From positions 168,268,001 through 168,332,000 of the forward strand of contig OX597815.1 of NCBI GenBank assembly GCA_951406725.2: a DNA stretch of 64,000 nt, given 5' to 3'. The DNA is from Octopus vulgaris. Lineage: Eukaryota. The notes below the pieces were generated by a model. That model worked only from the letters and a program-made list of their open reading frames with translations, was not told where the DNA came from and did no database searches. Below, in pieces: positions 1-11,949 of this stretch. How positions within the stretch are numbered: position 1 is the first letter of the stretch; each line of letters starts with the position of its first letter. Position numbers and translations under genes: made by a program.

Positions 1-205
1 TAAGATCGTGGTTTCGATTCCTGGACCGGACGACGCGTTGTGTTCTTGTGCAAAACACTTCATTTCACGTTGCTCCAGTCCACTCAGCTGGCAAAAATGT
101 GTAACGCTGCGATGGACTTTCGTCCCGTCCAGCTGGGGAACACATACGCCATTGAAACCGGGAAACCGGGCCCATGAGCCTGGCTTGGCTTTAAAAGGGC
201 GCAAA
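1..205 (+). mobile_element. tRNA-derived SINE, family C (5' part cut by window edge)
   Basis: Matches the fuller copy at 44457-44705: B-box GGTTTCGATTCC, then ttcttg(a/t)gcaaaacacttcatttcacgttgctccag and a gcgatggac...cgtcccgtccag segment. Confidence 0.8.
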
Positions 206-2004
206 TGGGAAGAAAAGGATATTTAGCATTATAAAAGACGTTATCTGATGTTCTGGATCGTTTAGCTTAATGGTACAGAACGCTTGACTAGGGTTTGAGA
301 AGTATGGGATTCGACGCTCAGTAGCAACTTGCTGACCACTCCCCGCCCCCGCATCTTCTAATGCATTTAGCCAATCTTCTAAACTGTTTTCATAGCAATT
401 CTACATTCCAGTTTACTTCAGGTGAAAGAGCTCTATGAGAAGAATCTTACAGTGAAAACCTTGTCAAAAATATTAGCTACAAAAAACAGTTGTGCGGCTT
501 TAAGTGATGTAAGAGGGTGGTAATTTTAAGAAATCAAAATATTTGTTTTGTTTTTTTTTTAAGAGTAAAATAATATTATTTGAACTCAAATGAAAGAGTT
601 CATCGAGATTAATATTTTGGGGAAAAGCCCGTCTAAAAATATTAACCATAAAAACAGTTACGATTTTTTTACGATTTCATATTAATTTTTATTATTCTGT
701 TTATGTATTAAAATATGAACACATTAAAAACATTTTAAAATAAAATATTCTACTTATTAAAAAAACTAATTATTAATCATTTAATATGAATATAACATTT
801 TATAATAAAAATTGTTTTAAAATATGTTTATTTGTAACAGATATGCTGCTATTAATCTTTTATTATTTTATGTGCAAACAAAATTTCTAAGTTTAAACAA
901 AATCTTTATTTAATGATATTTTCAACAGTATCATTTTTTTTTCAATTATAAAGGTAAATATAATTGATTATAATAATAGAAGCGTTGTCTGGAAAAAAAG
1001 TGGACTAGAATGAAAAATGCGAGCTCGCAATCATAGAATGTTCTGAAGTATTGAGCATAGAAAAGTACAGAACAAGCAGTAATTAAGTCTGGAAAAGTAT
1101 AGAGCAAGAAGAAAAGAAACTTAAAATATTGTTGCTGAATTTAGAATTTGCTAAACAAATTTCTGAAATTCTTCATCAAAAATACTGTGTGCACTGTTTT
1201 GTTTTCTATATGTCCTTTTTTTTTTTGCTTTTTATTACAAATTTTTTCAATTTAAGTCAATATTTTTGATTTAATAATTTCTTTGTATTAAACTTTCTAT
1301 TAAGCTGTATTAAACATTTCCGTTTTATTTTTAGTATTATATCTTTTGTTAAATTTTTATTATCTTAACAAAACTTATTATCCAAAAATTTTAAATCATA
1401 TATATTGTATTATAAAATTAGACTCATGTAGACTACATGCAATTCAAAAGAGTAAGATATTCTAAAAAAATAAATTTTAAGAAACAGAAGAATTAATTTC
1501 TTTAAAGTTTGAATTATCGGATAATATATTTTTGCATTTACAGTTACAAAAATAAATTGCTCTTTTGTAACTTTTTAAACATGTATATATGTAATATCAA
1601 AATTTTAATGTGTAAACTTGCTGACAATTAGTGTTTTCACAAAAATTGAAAATAAACAGCTTCTTGAGTACTTTAATTCAAACTTTTATCTAAAAATAAA
1701 AAAATACAAAAGGTTATTTATTACTATTTAAGTTTTTAAATTCTAACTTCAGCAGCAATAGTTTAATTTCTTTTCTCTTCTCGTACTGTGCTTTTCCAGG
1801 CTTAATTATTGCTTGATCTGTATTATTGCTTTTCCAGGTTCAATACTTAAGAATATTCCAGGATTTTGCGTCAGCATTTTCCATTCTAGTAATAAATTCA
1901 TATTTGTACTCGAAATTTTTCGAGTTGCTAACTCTTACTAACTGTTTGAACATAAATCTTGAACATCAAGTATTTTTCAGACATTTATAAGGACGAACGT
2001 GCAC

Positions 2005-2056
<52 letters not shown>

Positions 2057-2100
2057 TTATAAGTACATTCATACATACATGTATAATATATGCATACATA

Positions 2101-2324
2101 TGTAAATATGTACATTTATGTGACCGCGTGTGTACCGTTGGCGATTTTTTTTCCTCCGTCTTCCCTTCTCTGGATCTTTCCTTTTCCTATGTTTCTGACG
2201 AAGAGCTCCGCTCGAAACGTAAAACCCTCCTTCTTCCCTTCCTTCCTGAGCGTCCAATAATACTATATTTGTTCCACGTCCTCGCGTTGTTGTGTTTTCT
2301 CTTGGTGTTTTCATATTTGGATTA

Positions 2325-2328
<4 letters not shown>
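2101..2328 (+). mobile_element. Short pyrimidine-rich non-autonomous HHR-bearing element between (TA)n tracts
   Basis: Flanked by TA microsatellites; contains the HHR at 2191-2225; related decayed copies near 14181, 43187 and 56761. Confidence 0.65.
2191..2225 (+). ncRNA. Minimal type I hammerhead ribozyme
   Basis: gttt-CTGACGA-a-gagc(tcc)gctc-GAAA-cg-TA-aaac. Stem I gttt/aaac, stem II gagc/gctc, palindromic ACGT stem III, predicted cleavage after A2221. Confidence 0.8.
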
Positions 2329-2401
<73 letters not shown>

Positions 2402-2415
2402 TACAAAATTAGAGA

Positions 2416-5280
2416 ATGGAGAAACATACTGCTAGAAGAATGGAGAAAATACTGATCAATTCATCAATGAAGGATGTACCTATCCCTACCAAAGACCATT
2501 ACACTAAAGAACTAATTTATAGAATTAATGAATTCATCCACAGGATCAGATGGAGGATTTTCCACCATGAGAACTATAACAAAAAAATAAACCAACAACA
2601 TACTGGGGAAACGATCCGTAATGGAATTGGAAGTACCTATGAAGAAATATTAAAATTAACAGGCACTACATTTAAATCTAGGAAGTCTCCTCCACCAAAT
2701 ATACATCTAGACAATTTTGAACAAGAACTATGGGAGACTATAAAAAACATAAAATTTAGAAATCATCCTTTAAGATATAACCCGCACCAAAGGGAATTGA
2801 AAGATTTAATTAGAACTCTCAAAGGTAAGAGCGGCATTCTAACACATTCTGACAAAACCAGCAACATCTACAATATTGACATTCCTGCATATCATGATCT
2901 TCTACACAAAGAAATAACCAAGAAATACAAAGTAGTACCATCTAGTACACTTAGAAAACTGAACCTGGAGATCAGAGAAATTATATTTGACTACTACCTA
3001 GAAGAAAAAACGGAACCCTACACCCCATCTAGACCGAGAATTACACTAAAGGATCATAAAGAGAATTTTCTTGGAAACACACAGGTCAGATTAATTTGCC
3101 CCACTAAATCTGACTTAGGCAGACTAAGCAAACTCATTCTAGACAAATATCTACCCACCATCCGCAATAAAATCAAACTAAACCTTTGGAAGAATACTCA
3201 GGGTGCTTTGGACTGGTTTTCTGCCATTAAGCTCTGTGACAATAACAACTTTAGCTATAATAGAAATAAATTCATCCAATTTGATATACAGAATTATTAC
3301 ACTTCCATTAACCCTATTATATTAAATAAGTCCTTAATTTTTGCTAGAAAACACACTAAATTAAGTATGGGGGAGATTAAGGTTATATTAACAGCCAGGA
3401 AAACTTTAATAGAGTTTGATAATAAACTTTGGGCTAGAAAGGACACACCCAACTTGTTCGATATCACAATGGGATCGCCGGACTCGGCGGAGGTGACTGA
3501 TCTAGTTGGGATGTATCTATTAGATAACTTTAGTAGGGAATTCCCTGAATTAAAAGGTGGATTATACAGGGATGACGCCTTATTTTGTGTTAAGAATACA
3601 TCTAATAGGAGATTAGATCTTCTGAAAAAAAGAATATATAAATTTTTTAAAAGTTTCGGCCTATCCATTATCATTGAAAGTGAAAATTATTCTGCTAATT
3701 ATTTAGATGTTAATTGTAACATTACTAATGGTTTACATGAACCCTATATTAAACCTAATTCTAACCTAATATATATTAACCGTTCAAGTAATCACCCCCC
3801 TCAAATTAAAAATGCACTAGTGCGTAGCATTAGTCAGAGAATTTCTAGTTTATCCTCTAACGAGGAAATTTTTAACAAGCATTGTGATAGATACAATGCA
3901 GCATTGCTTAAGGCAGGATACAAAAGTAAGATATGGTTTATACCTAAGGGGAACCCTCCTAATGGAGGTAGAACTATCAGGAACAACACCAATAGATCAA
4001 GGATAAACAACAATATACATAAGAATAGTAAAAATAGAATATATGATAACACCTATAATAAATGTAGAAGTGATGTTAACCTCGGAAAGGTGAACGGCAG
4101 CTCAAATAGATCTGAGCATACGGGTAATAGTAGTAATATTAATAATATACATATTAAAACTTATGGTAGACATGATAATGGTAAAGTTTACTTGCGCAAC
4201 AATCATGGGAATATTGATATAGATAGATATAACAATGACAGTGGTAAGAATAGTAATCATATGGGTTGGTCTAGGAATAGGATTTTTACAAATAACAATA
4301 ATTCTATAGGCAATCCTAATTCTGATAAGGATACACTCTGGTTGATTATCCCATATGCAATGCAGATTAAAACAAACATAGTGAGAGCTTTGCATAATGT
4401 TATTTTTAGGCATTTTGGTAAGGATAAGAATAAATTTAGTCCTTTAATTAACAACGGTACTGTTAGAGTGGGATATAGCATTACTCATAATCTAGCCACC
4501 ATTATCTCCTCTTTTAATAACAGGAAACTAGATCACTTCTATAAGGATAGAAAATTGAATTTAGACCATGGAAATTTGCCCCTCTTTAATAATAATAGGA
4601 ACAGAAACTTTCTTGGAACGAATGTGAACAACCCCCTTACTAATAATGAGTGCACCGTACCTGTTAGAGATAATATAAATGTAATAGATCATACTACTAC
4701 TACCAATACTAGTACTAGTGATAGAAATATAGCCAATAATGTGAAATTAACTCATTCATTGATTTTGGGTTTGGATGTTGATAACAATTGTAACACTTAT
4801 AATGTGAATGGTAGTATAGGGGTGGGGACCAATCTTAGATTTCCTCATTCTGTTAATCTTTGTAATTGCAGAAACAAAAATAAATGTGTATTTGGTAATC
4901 AATGCCTCAGGAAGGAGGTAGTTTACCAATGCACTGTAGATACACAATTGAGTAGTAGGGTGTATATCGGGGAAACTATGAATAGCATAAAACAAAGATT
5001 GAATTATCACAGATATACTTTTAGAAATAAAAATAGAATGTACTCTACAGGGCTAAGTGCATACATTTGGGAACTTAAAAGCAAGAACTTAGATTTTAGA
5101 TTAAACTGGAAAATACTAACTTCAGCACCTGTGTATAATGGAAAAAATAAAAAATGCTCTCTATGTATTAATGAAATTTTTTTCATTATTAAAGCGGGTC
5201 GGCAAATTATTAACAACATAAATGAAAAAAACTTCTTTTGCATTCATAGGCTACCGTTCACCTTTTCTAGATTCAAATAG
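2416..5280 (+). CDS. PLE reverse transcriptase + GIY-YIG endonuclease (Naiad-like), 954 aa
   Basis: SDKT, KDHK, VRLICP, QFDIQNYY, ITMGSPDS, YRDD (3565-3576), YLDV, SNHPP; CNCRNKNKC-x5-C; VVY...YIGET; CSLCINE; no internal stops. Confidence 0.93.
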   Translation: MEKHTARRMEKILINSSMKDVPIPTKDHYTKELIYRINEFIHRIRWRIFHHENYNKKINQQHTGETIRNGIGSTYEEILKLTGTTFKSRKSPPPNIHLDNFEQELWETIKNIKFRNHPLRYNPHQRELKDLIRTLKGKSGILTHSDKTSNIYNIDIPAYHDLLHKEITKKYKVVPSSTLRKLNLEIREIIFDYYLEEKTEPYTPSRPRITLKDHKENFLGNTQVRLICPTKSDLGRLSKLILDKYLPTIRNKIKLNLWKNTQGALDWFSAIKLCDNNNFSYNRNKFIQFDIQNYYTSINPIILNKSLIFARKHTKLSMGEIKVILTARKTLIEFDNKLWARKDTPNLFDITMGSPDSAEVTDLVGMYLLDNFSREFPELKGGLYRDDALFCVKNTSNRRLDLLKKRIYKFFKSFGLSIIIESENYSANYLDVNCNITNGLHEPYIKPNSNLIYINRSSNHPPQIKNALVRSISQRISSLSSNEEIFNKHCDRYNAALLKAGYKSKIWFIPKGNPPNGGRTIRNNTNRSRINNNIHKNSKNRIYDNTYNKCRSDVNLGKVNGSSNRSEHTGNSSNINNIHIKTYGRHDNGKVYLRNNHGNIDIDRYNNDSGKNSNHMGWSRNRIFTNNNNSIGNPNSDKDTLWLIIPYAMQIKTNIVRALHNVIFRHFGKDKNKFSPLINNGTVRVGYSITHNLATIISSFNNRKLDHFYKDRKLNLDHGNLPLFNNNRNRNFLGTNVNNPLTNNECTVPVRDNINVIDHTTTTNTSTSDRNIANNVKLTHSLILGLDVDNNCNTYNVNGSIGVGTNLRFPHSVNLCNCRNKNKCVFGNQCLRKEVVYQCTVDTQLSSRVYIGETMNSIKQRLNYHRYTFRNKNRMYSTGLSAYIWELKSKNLDFRLNWKILTSAPVYNGKNKKCSLCINEIFFIIKAGRQIINNINEKNFFCIHRLPFTFSRFK

Positions 5281-7305
5281 AACTTAGCACTTCCACTATT
5301 ATTAATTTTTTTAACTCCCTTCTTTAACTAACTATACCTGTGGTCTTCTATAATTCTAAAGTATGCAACTTATAAATTTATAATTTTATAATTTTTATAG
5401 CTACATTTGTATAATAATAATAGATGTGTCTAGTATTATTTGTTTCTTGTTTTTTATATGTGGGTTTTTGTTTGTTTTTTAAGGGAAATGCAATATGACA
5501 TGAAATAACATATTCATTTTGGTATTTGCCTTGTAATATGTGATTTTTGAAGTTTTCTAATATTGCATAGTATATATGTATATCCTGGTTAGATACCTAG
5601 CTCTAGATAATGTAATGATATTGTATAATATGTAATATATGAGAGCCTTTTATGAGTTTGGTGTGTTTAGGTTGAGAATATAGGTTTTTTGTATGTGTTT
5701 ATTTGGCAGGTTTATATTGTATATTTGGTCTTTCTTTGTACTCACCTTAATTTGTATCTTATGCTATTTACTAATAAACCTTTTTCATTTTTTTCATTTT
5801 TTCATTTACATACATTTGGCTTTATAAATATTACCAGCCTTATATATTTAGTTTATATCTATAGTCCTCTGGATCTGTACTTTAAATTATCCTTCCATAC
5901 ATATTTACTTTCATCAATATAACATATATATTCACTTTATTTATTTTTTTATTTTATTGTAATGTTATCAATCTCTGCATTTAGTCTTCTAATTATTTAT
6001 TTATTTGCCTATTTAAGTGTAGATTTTTACATACATATCAAGTCATCTAATTTGTTATCTATTTATTTTTTACTTATTTACTTATACTAGGGTAGTTTTA
6101 TACATACATATCTATCATTTATTTTTATTTTATTTTAATAATATATGAATACATATATACTGATTTGTACTTATAATATGTGTATAATAATATGTGTATA
6201 ACCGTATTTATTCCTTCTTATTTTTTTATCACATTATATCTTAAGTATTTATAATATAAATTTTTTTTAAATTTCTGTGATGTTCTCATATGCGTTTGCA
6301 TTAGTACTTCCCCTTCTATTTTTTAATGCCTAAACTGGTATATTATGGCATTAAATTTATTAAGTAAATAAGAGATTTATTTATAATATATAAATTAATA
6401 TATTTTTTATATTTTTATATTTTATAACTTAGCGTACTTGGAATCATAACAAACTTACGATAAATCTAACAACCGTATGTTTACTATGCAACAAACCGGT
6501 GTTATAAATTTTAAGTTACCCAATGAAATAATATCTGACTTAGTAACATACTCATATTTAAAAATATATTTCTATCTAAATTAAATATTTTTGAAATGCA
6601 TGGGTGGTTCATTTTCGTTATTTGAGGCATAGTTATAATTTTGAAGGACTAAATGGTAGCATAGTTGCTTCCCTTTTTGTTTATCTATGTGCTAGTTGTT
6701 GCTTGTGATTATGTATGTGTATAAGTGTATGTGTATACATATAACTATGTGTGTATGTGCGATTGATCTGTAGATGCGCGTGTGAATATTGGCGTTCCTT
6801 GACTAACCAACCGTATAATTTCTTTTGTGATTTAAATTTCAAACCAATAGCCAATCGAATTAATCTAAATTATCATTACCTAGTGGTCAGCATTTCTAAA
6901 CTCATAGTTATTTCGATCTTGAAAGGATGGACTTGGTGCAAACATAACTGTATCTATTATTATTATTATTAATATTAACTTTTATAGCTTTATAATTTTA
7001 TGAACTGAACCTTGGTTTTAATTATTATTTTTCATCTCCCTATGTGTTAGTTTTTTTTTTTTTTGTTTTTTTTAAACTATTAGCCAAATATGTATAATAT
7101 CGGTGCTTATTAATATTAATATATACACTGATATATATTTTGTTTTATTTTGTTCTGTTTACCTTCCATTATTGTACCAATGAGTATTATATTATATAAG
7201 TGTAGCATTATTATGTATAAGATTTTATATTTTACATTTTTATATTTTTATATTTATATGTATATGGTTAAATAATATTTTTCACAATTATAACAAATTT
7301 AATTT

Positions 7306-7421
7306 AATTCTCTGAAGAGGCCGTGGGGCATCTTTGTTAATGCCTCATTTATACCTGCCTTTATGGCTTATAGGTTAAATGAGGTATGACTGCCCTCAAT
7401 GCCGAAACAGCTGTCAGATTT
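7306..7421 (+). ncRNA. Type I hammerhead ribozyme with long extended stem II
   Basis: aattct-CTGAAGA-ggc[~80 nt hairpin: gggca/tgccc, tgcctcattta/taaatgaggta, acct/aggt, gcc/ggc]gcc-GAAA-cagctg-TC-agattt. GUC cleavage predicted after 7415. Confidence 0.8.
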
Positions 7422-7753
7422 GATTTAATTACATATTATATTTAAAATTTTTTACTTATATCTCTTTGTCTATTTACTCTTACTGTATATGTAATGGTGT
7501 ATTAAAGTATTGATTGGGTACCATCTGATAGTTGATGTTTTATTGATTTAAGTATGTTTCTCCATTCTCTAATTTTGTAGTATTAATTTACGGTAATATT
7601 ATTACCTTTACCCATATAATACAATAGATGAACTGATTGTTTGACAATTTTTAACATCTATGTATTAGTCTTGTTGGGTACCTATCTGGCAGTATATTGG
7701 ATATATATTATCCCATGGTGGGTTGAATTTTCAACCCCTATCTCATTTTATAA

Positions 7754-7756
<3 letters not shown>

Positions 7757-7802
<46 letters not shown>

Positions 7803-7885
7803 ATGTATGTATGTATGTATGTATGTATGTATGTATGTATGTTTGTATGTATGTATGTATGTATGTATGTATGTATGTATGTATG
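7757..7885. repeat. (TA)n + (TATG)n compound microsatellite
   Basis: Read directly; similar tracts at 2009-2054, 2329-2400, 11440-11535, 13925-14055, 30920-31005, 34664-34723, 43828-43878 and 54630-54924. Confidence 0.95.
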
Positions 7886-8439
7886 CATTGATCGAAGAAC
7901 TCAATGTAGATCTGTGAAGTTGCATAGAGAGAAATAACTGATCTCTCAGGCCTTAGAAGATATCGACTGTATCAATAACTTCATCGGTGTAACAAAATCG
8001 AATTTACGGACAAAATATATAAATGTTTAGAAAGCTTCCGTTCACAGGTATTGACCAATCTAGCAAAAATGCCTGAAACTTTTTTTTTTTATATAAATAT
8101 ATTGTAGAAAATTTTCTTGATATGATGATAGGTAACGGTTATCAACTATCAGATAATATGTAAGATTATATCCATGCATGTCAATAAACGGGCAGAAGTA
8201 AGACGGCGAGCTGGCAGAATCGTTTGCACGCCGGGCAAAATGCTTAGCAGCATTTCGTCCGTCTTTACGTTCTGAGTTCAAATTCTGCTGAGGTCTATTT
8301 TGCCTTTCATCCTTTCGATAAAATAAGACTGCTGGAGTCGGTGTAAACGACTTATCGCCTCTTTGAAATTGCTTATTTTGTGACAAAATTTGAAACCAAT
8401 ATACGGGCAGAGCTGAACTAACAAGAGATAAGAACATAA

Positions 8440-8825
8440 TCTCTCTATATATAAACGGCAGTTTGTCTGTGCGTGTTTCTGTGTGTCTGTTTGCTTGTAC
8501 CCTCACCCTGACCACGGCTTTCAACCGATTCTGATGAAACTTGACACACACATAGCCCAATGTCATAATTCAAAACTAACGCAGCCAAAATTTTGAAAAG
8601 TTTCCCCAGTTCTGAAAAAAATCGATAAATTCGACATGGGGTCGAGAATCAGAAACACGAACCACAAACTGTCTAGGGGACGCAACTCCATCCTTTTTTG
8701 ACTCTCAAAAAAAAATTTACCATCATTTTTTTCCATTTTTTTGCTATTTTTTGGCTATAACTTTCTAAAAATGCTTTATAGTTATTTCCCTTACAAACCT
8801 GAGCAACGCCGGGCGATACTGCTAG
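8440..8825 (+). mobile_element. Non-autonomous Helitron
   Basis: 5' TC after host A; subterminal hairpin cctgagcaacgccggg; 3' CTAG followed by T; no TSD. Confidence 0.75.
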
Positions 8826-9070
8826 TATTTAATATGCACACAAAAGCGAGCTCTGAAGATGCGAAGGAGACTGTCAAACATTTTGTATACAAATAACTGT
8901 TTTCTTATACCTTAATAGGTTTTCACTAAATTGAGTCTCCGCAGTGAGACTAAAAAGCATTTTGCAACAAAATATTTAACTGTTTAGAACTCTTCAATTG
9001 GTTTCTGTAATTTATTTTATATTTTGGCAGAGATTAATAGTTTCGCGTTTCCCTCTGTTTCATCGTCGTT

Positions 9071-9227
9071 AGGAGTGGGTGTGTGGTAAGTAGCTTGCTT
9101 ATGAACCACATGATTTCGGGTTCAGTCCCACTGCGTTGCACCTTGGGCAAGTGTCTTCTACTATAAACTCGGGCCGACCAAAGCCTTGTGAGTGGATTTG
9201 GTAGACGGAAACTGAAAGAAGCCCGTC

Positions 9228-9269
<42 letters not shown>

Positions 9270-9470
9270 GTGTGTGTGTTTGTGTGTCTGTGTTTGTCTC
9301 CCCAACATCGCTTGACGTCCCTGTAACTTAGCTGTTCGGCAAAAGAGAACGATAGCATAAGTACTAGGCTTACAAAGGATAAGTCCTGGGGGCGATTTGC
9401 TCGACTAAAGGCGGTGCTCCAGCATGGCCACAGTCACATGACTGAAACAAGTAAAAGAGTAAAGAGTAAA
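9071..9470 (+). mobile_element. tRNA-derived SINE, family A (internal microsatellite, (AAAGAGT)n tail)
   Basis: Copies at 11036-11190(+), 11215-11700(-), 15600-15905(-), 24620-25000(-), 39198-39570(+), 41530-41905(+), 46350-46710(+), 51590-51740(+), 55860-56260(+); CORE-like ccttgggcaagtgtctt. Confidence 0.8.
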
Positions 9471-9803
9471 GAGTGGGTAATTTGTCTTCATTATACAACC
9501 TGCTCTTGTGAAAACTATAAAGATAACACTTTCCCATTTTCCTACTATAAAACTTCCTAGTATTGATCATTACCTAAGACACTATTGTTTTTATAATAAT
9601 AATCCTATCTACGATAGGCGCAATGCCTGAAATTAAAAGGAGTGGTTCTAGCTCAGAAATATTACCCAGAAGTATTGTTATTTTGGCTTTCATCCTTTCA
9701 AGGTCGATAAAACAAGTATCAGTTGAATACTGGGGCCGATGTTATCGACTTGGCCCCTCCGCCGAAATTTGAAATTATTCTAAGTAGTAGTAGTAGTAGT
9801 AGT

Positions 9804-9838
<35 letters not shown>

Positions 9839-10037
9839 TAATAGTAGTAAGGCGACGAGCTGGCACGCGGGACAAAATGTTCAGCGATCCGACTTTACGT
9901 TCTGAGTTCAGATCCCACCGAGATCGACTTTACCTTTCATCCTCGATAAAATAAGTACCAGTTGAGGACTGGGGTCGACGTAATCGATTAACCCCTCCCC
10001 CATAAAGTTCAGGTACTGTTCCTAAAGTAAAAAGAAT

Positions 10038-10069
10038 TGTTGTTGTTGTTGTTGTCGTCGTCGTCGTCG

Positions 10070-10107
<38 letters not shown>

Positions 10108-10170
10108 GCTGCTGCTGCTGCTGCTGCTGTTGTTATTATTATCATTATTATTATCATTACTACTATTATT
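10038..10170. repeat. Compound trinucleotide tract (GTT/GTC/GCT/ATT/ATC/ACT) directly upstream of a splice acceptor
   Basis: Read directly. Confidence 0.9.
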
Positions 10171-10177
10171 GAAATAG

Positions 10178-10414
10178 GTTCGCCATGTAAGAAAACTGAT
10201 GCTCTGTGTCTGGTATGTGGTGACCGAGCATCTGGCAAACATTACGGTGTTCTTAGTTGCGATGGGTGTCGCGGTTTCTTCAAGAGGAGCATCCGTCGAA
10301 ATCTCGACTACGTTTGCAAAGAAAATGGATCGTGTGTGGTAGACGTTGCAAGAAGGAACCAGTGTCAGGCGTGCCGATTCAAGAAATGTCTGGAAATGAA
10401 AATGAACAGAGATG
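10178..10414 (+). CDS. NR2E6: NR2E (PNR-like/NR2E6) nuclear receptor, DNA-binding domain exon
   Basis: [69 protein letters not shown]; ag|GT acceptor and G|gtgagt donor (phase 1/1). Missing from the ORF track. Symbol rests on the CDGCRG P-box. Confidence 0.9.
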
Positions 10415-10559
10415 GTGAGTGTGAGTATTTTAAATATTCATTGCTTGATCTGAGTTATATCTAAGCTAAAAGAAGTGGATAATTTCAATAACGTGCGTTG
10501 GATTATATACATCAATCTATCTATATAAATAATGCAGTTTTTTTTATACTTCTTGGATT

Positions 10560-10922
10560 CTTTTATTTTTCATAATTAAGATAAAGTTCTTTTTTACTCT
10601 ACAATGCTCTTCCATCTATCTGGTAGACTTGCAAGGCCCCTCTTCCAAGATTCACTTGTCCCTGATGAAAAATACTCCTCTAGTACTGTTCTGACCTCGT
10701 CTACAGAATTCATATTTTTTCCGTCCAAATCATTTTGAAGACAGCGGAATAAATGATTATCAGATGGGGTAATGTCCGGTTAATATGATGGGTGGGGCAT
10801 CGTTTCCCATTCAAACTGCTCCAGCCTTTAGAATATCATCCTCGCTGTATGAGGCCGAGCATTATCCTGTTGGAAGAACACCTTTCGTCTTGAAACCAAA
10901 GATGGTCGTTTTTCTTCTAGTG
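10560..10922 (-). mobile_element. Decayed mariner transposase C-terminal fragment
   Basis: FQQDNARPHTAR ... WETMPHPSY*PDITPSDNHLF ... LPDRW, with stop/frameshift. Confidence 0.8.
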
Positions 10923-10966
10923 CAGACACACACGCACACACACACATACACACAGACATACACGCA

Positions 10967-11019
<53 letters not shown>

Positions 11020-11446
11020 TCACACACACACACATCGGTGCAGGCGTAGCTGTGTGGTTGAAAAGCTTGCTTCCCAACCATGTAGTTTAGGTCCTGTCCC
11101 ATTGCAGCAAGTGTCTTCCACTATAGCCCCGGGTCAACCACAGCCGTGTGAGTGGATTTGATAGGCAGGGATGAAATGAAGCCCGTCGTATAAATAAAAG
11201 GATTTCTCTTTTATCGCTTTTACTTTTTTAATTGTTTCTGTCATGTGACTGCGACCATGCTGGAGCACCGCCTTTAGTCGAGCAAATCGACCCCAGGACT
11301 TATTCTTTGGAAGCCTAGTACTTATCCTATCGGTCTCTTTTGCCGAACCGCGAAGTTACCGGGAACTAAACATGCCACCAGCGGTTGTTAAGCGATGTTG
11401 GGGGGACAATCACAGACGCACAAACATAGACACACACATACATACA

Positions 11447-11537
<91 letters not shown>

Positions 11538-11949
11538 GACGGGCTTCTTTCAGTTTCCGTCTACCAAATCCACCCACAAGGCTTTATTCGGCCCGAGGCT
11601 ATAGTAGAAGACACTTGTCCAAGGTGTCATGCAGTGGGAATGAACCCGGAACCATGTTGTTGGTAAGCAAGCTACATACCACACAGCCACTCCTGCACCT
11701 ATATTTATATATTTAAAGAGAAAAGGAGAGAGAGTCCCGCAGAAAATGAGAATAGGTATAGAAGATTGACTAATAGCAAGATATAAAATAAACGGCACAA
11801 GTGCATTAAGCCAGCAAGCTTACAGGACTTAACAGTTGAATGATTTTGAAATCAAATCTGTCGACGATTTTATCACTTACAAAAGTATTTACATGATACT
11901 TTGCGACTTAAATGTAAGATGACATTATTACATTCATTTCATTCTTGTG

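Larger units (their letters stand above)
2401..7756 (+). mobile_element. Penelope-like retroelement with intact ORF, inserted in a (TA)n microsatellite
   Basis: Bounded by (TA)n on both sides; RT-GIY-YIG ORF, ~2 kb AT-rich 3' region, terminal HHR. Confidence 0.9.

Noticed and set aside
220-1990. Very AT-rich stretch as a gene or NR2E exon 1
   Set aside because: No ORF, repeat structure or splice pattern could be supported
1999-2325. Many short ORFs with [12 protein letters not shown] repeats (also at 7641, 10785, 13872, 27570, 30798, 54603)
   Set aside because: They are translations of microsatellites and SINEs, not genes
3297-5243. Antisense ORFs within the PLE
   Set aside because: Shadows of the long sense ORF; no recognisable motifs
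2416-7756. Selenoprotein-type (UGA/SECIS) PLE
   Set aside because: No in-frame TGA in the ORF, it ends in TAG, and no convincing SECIS was seen
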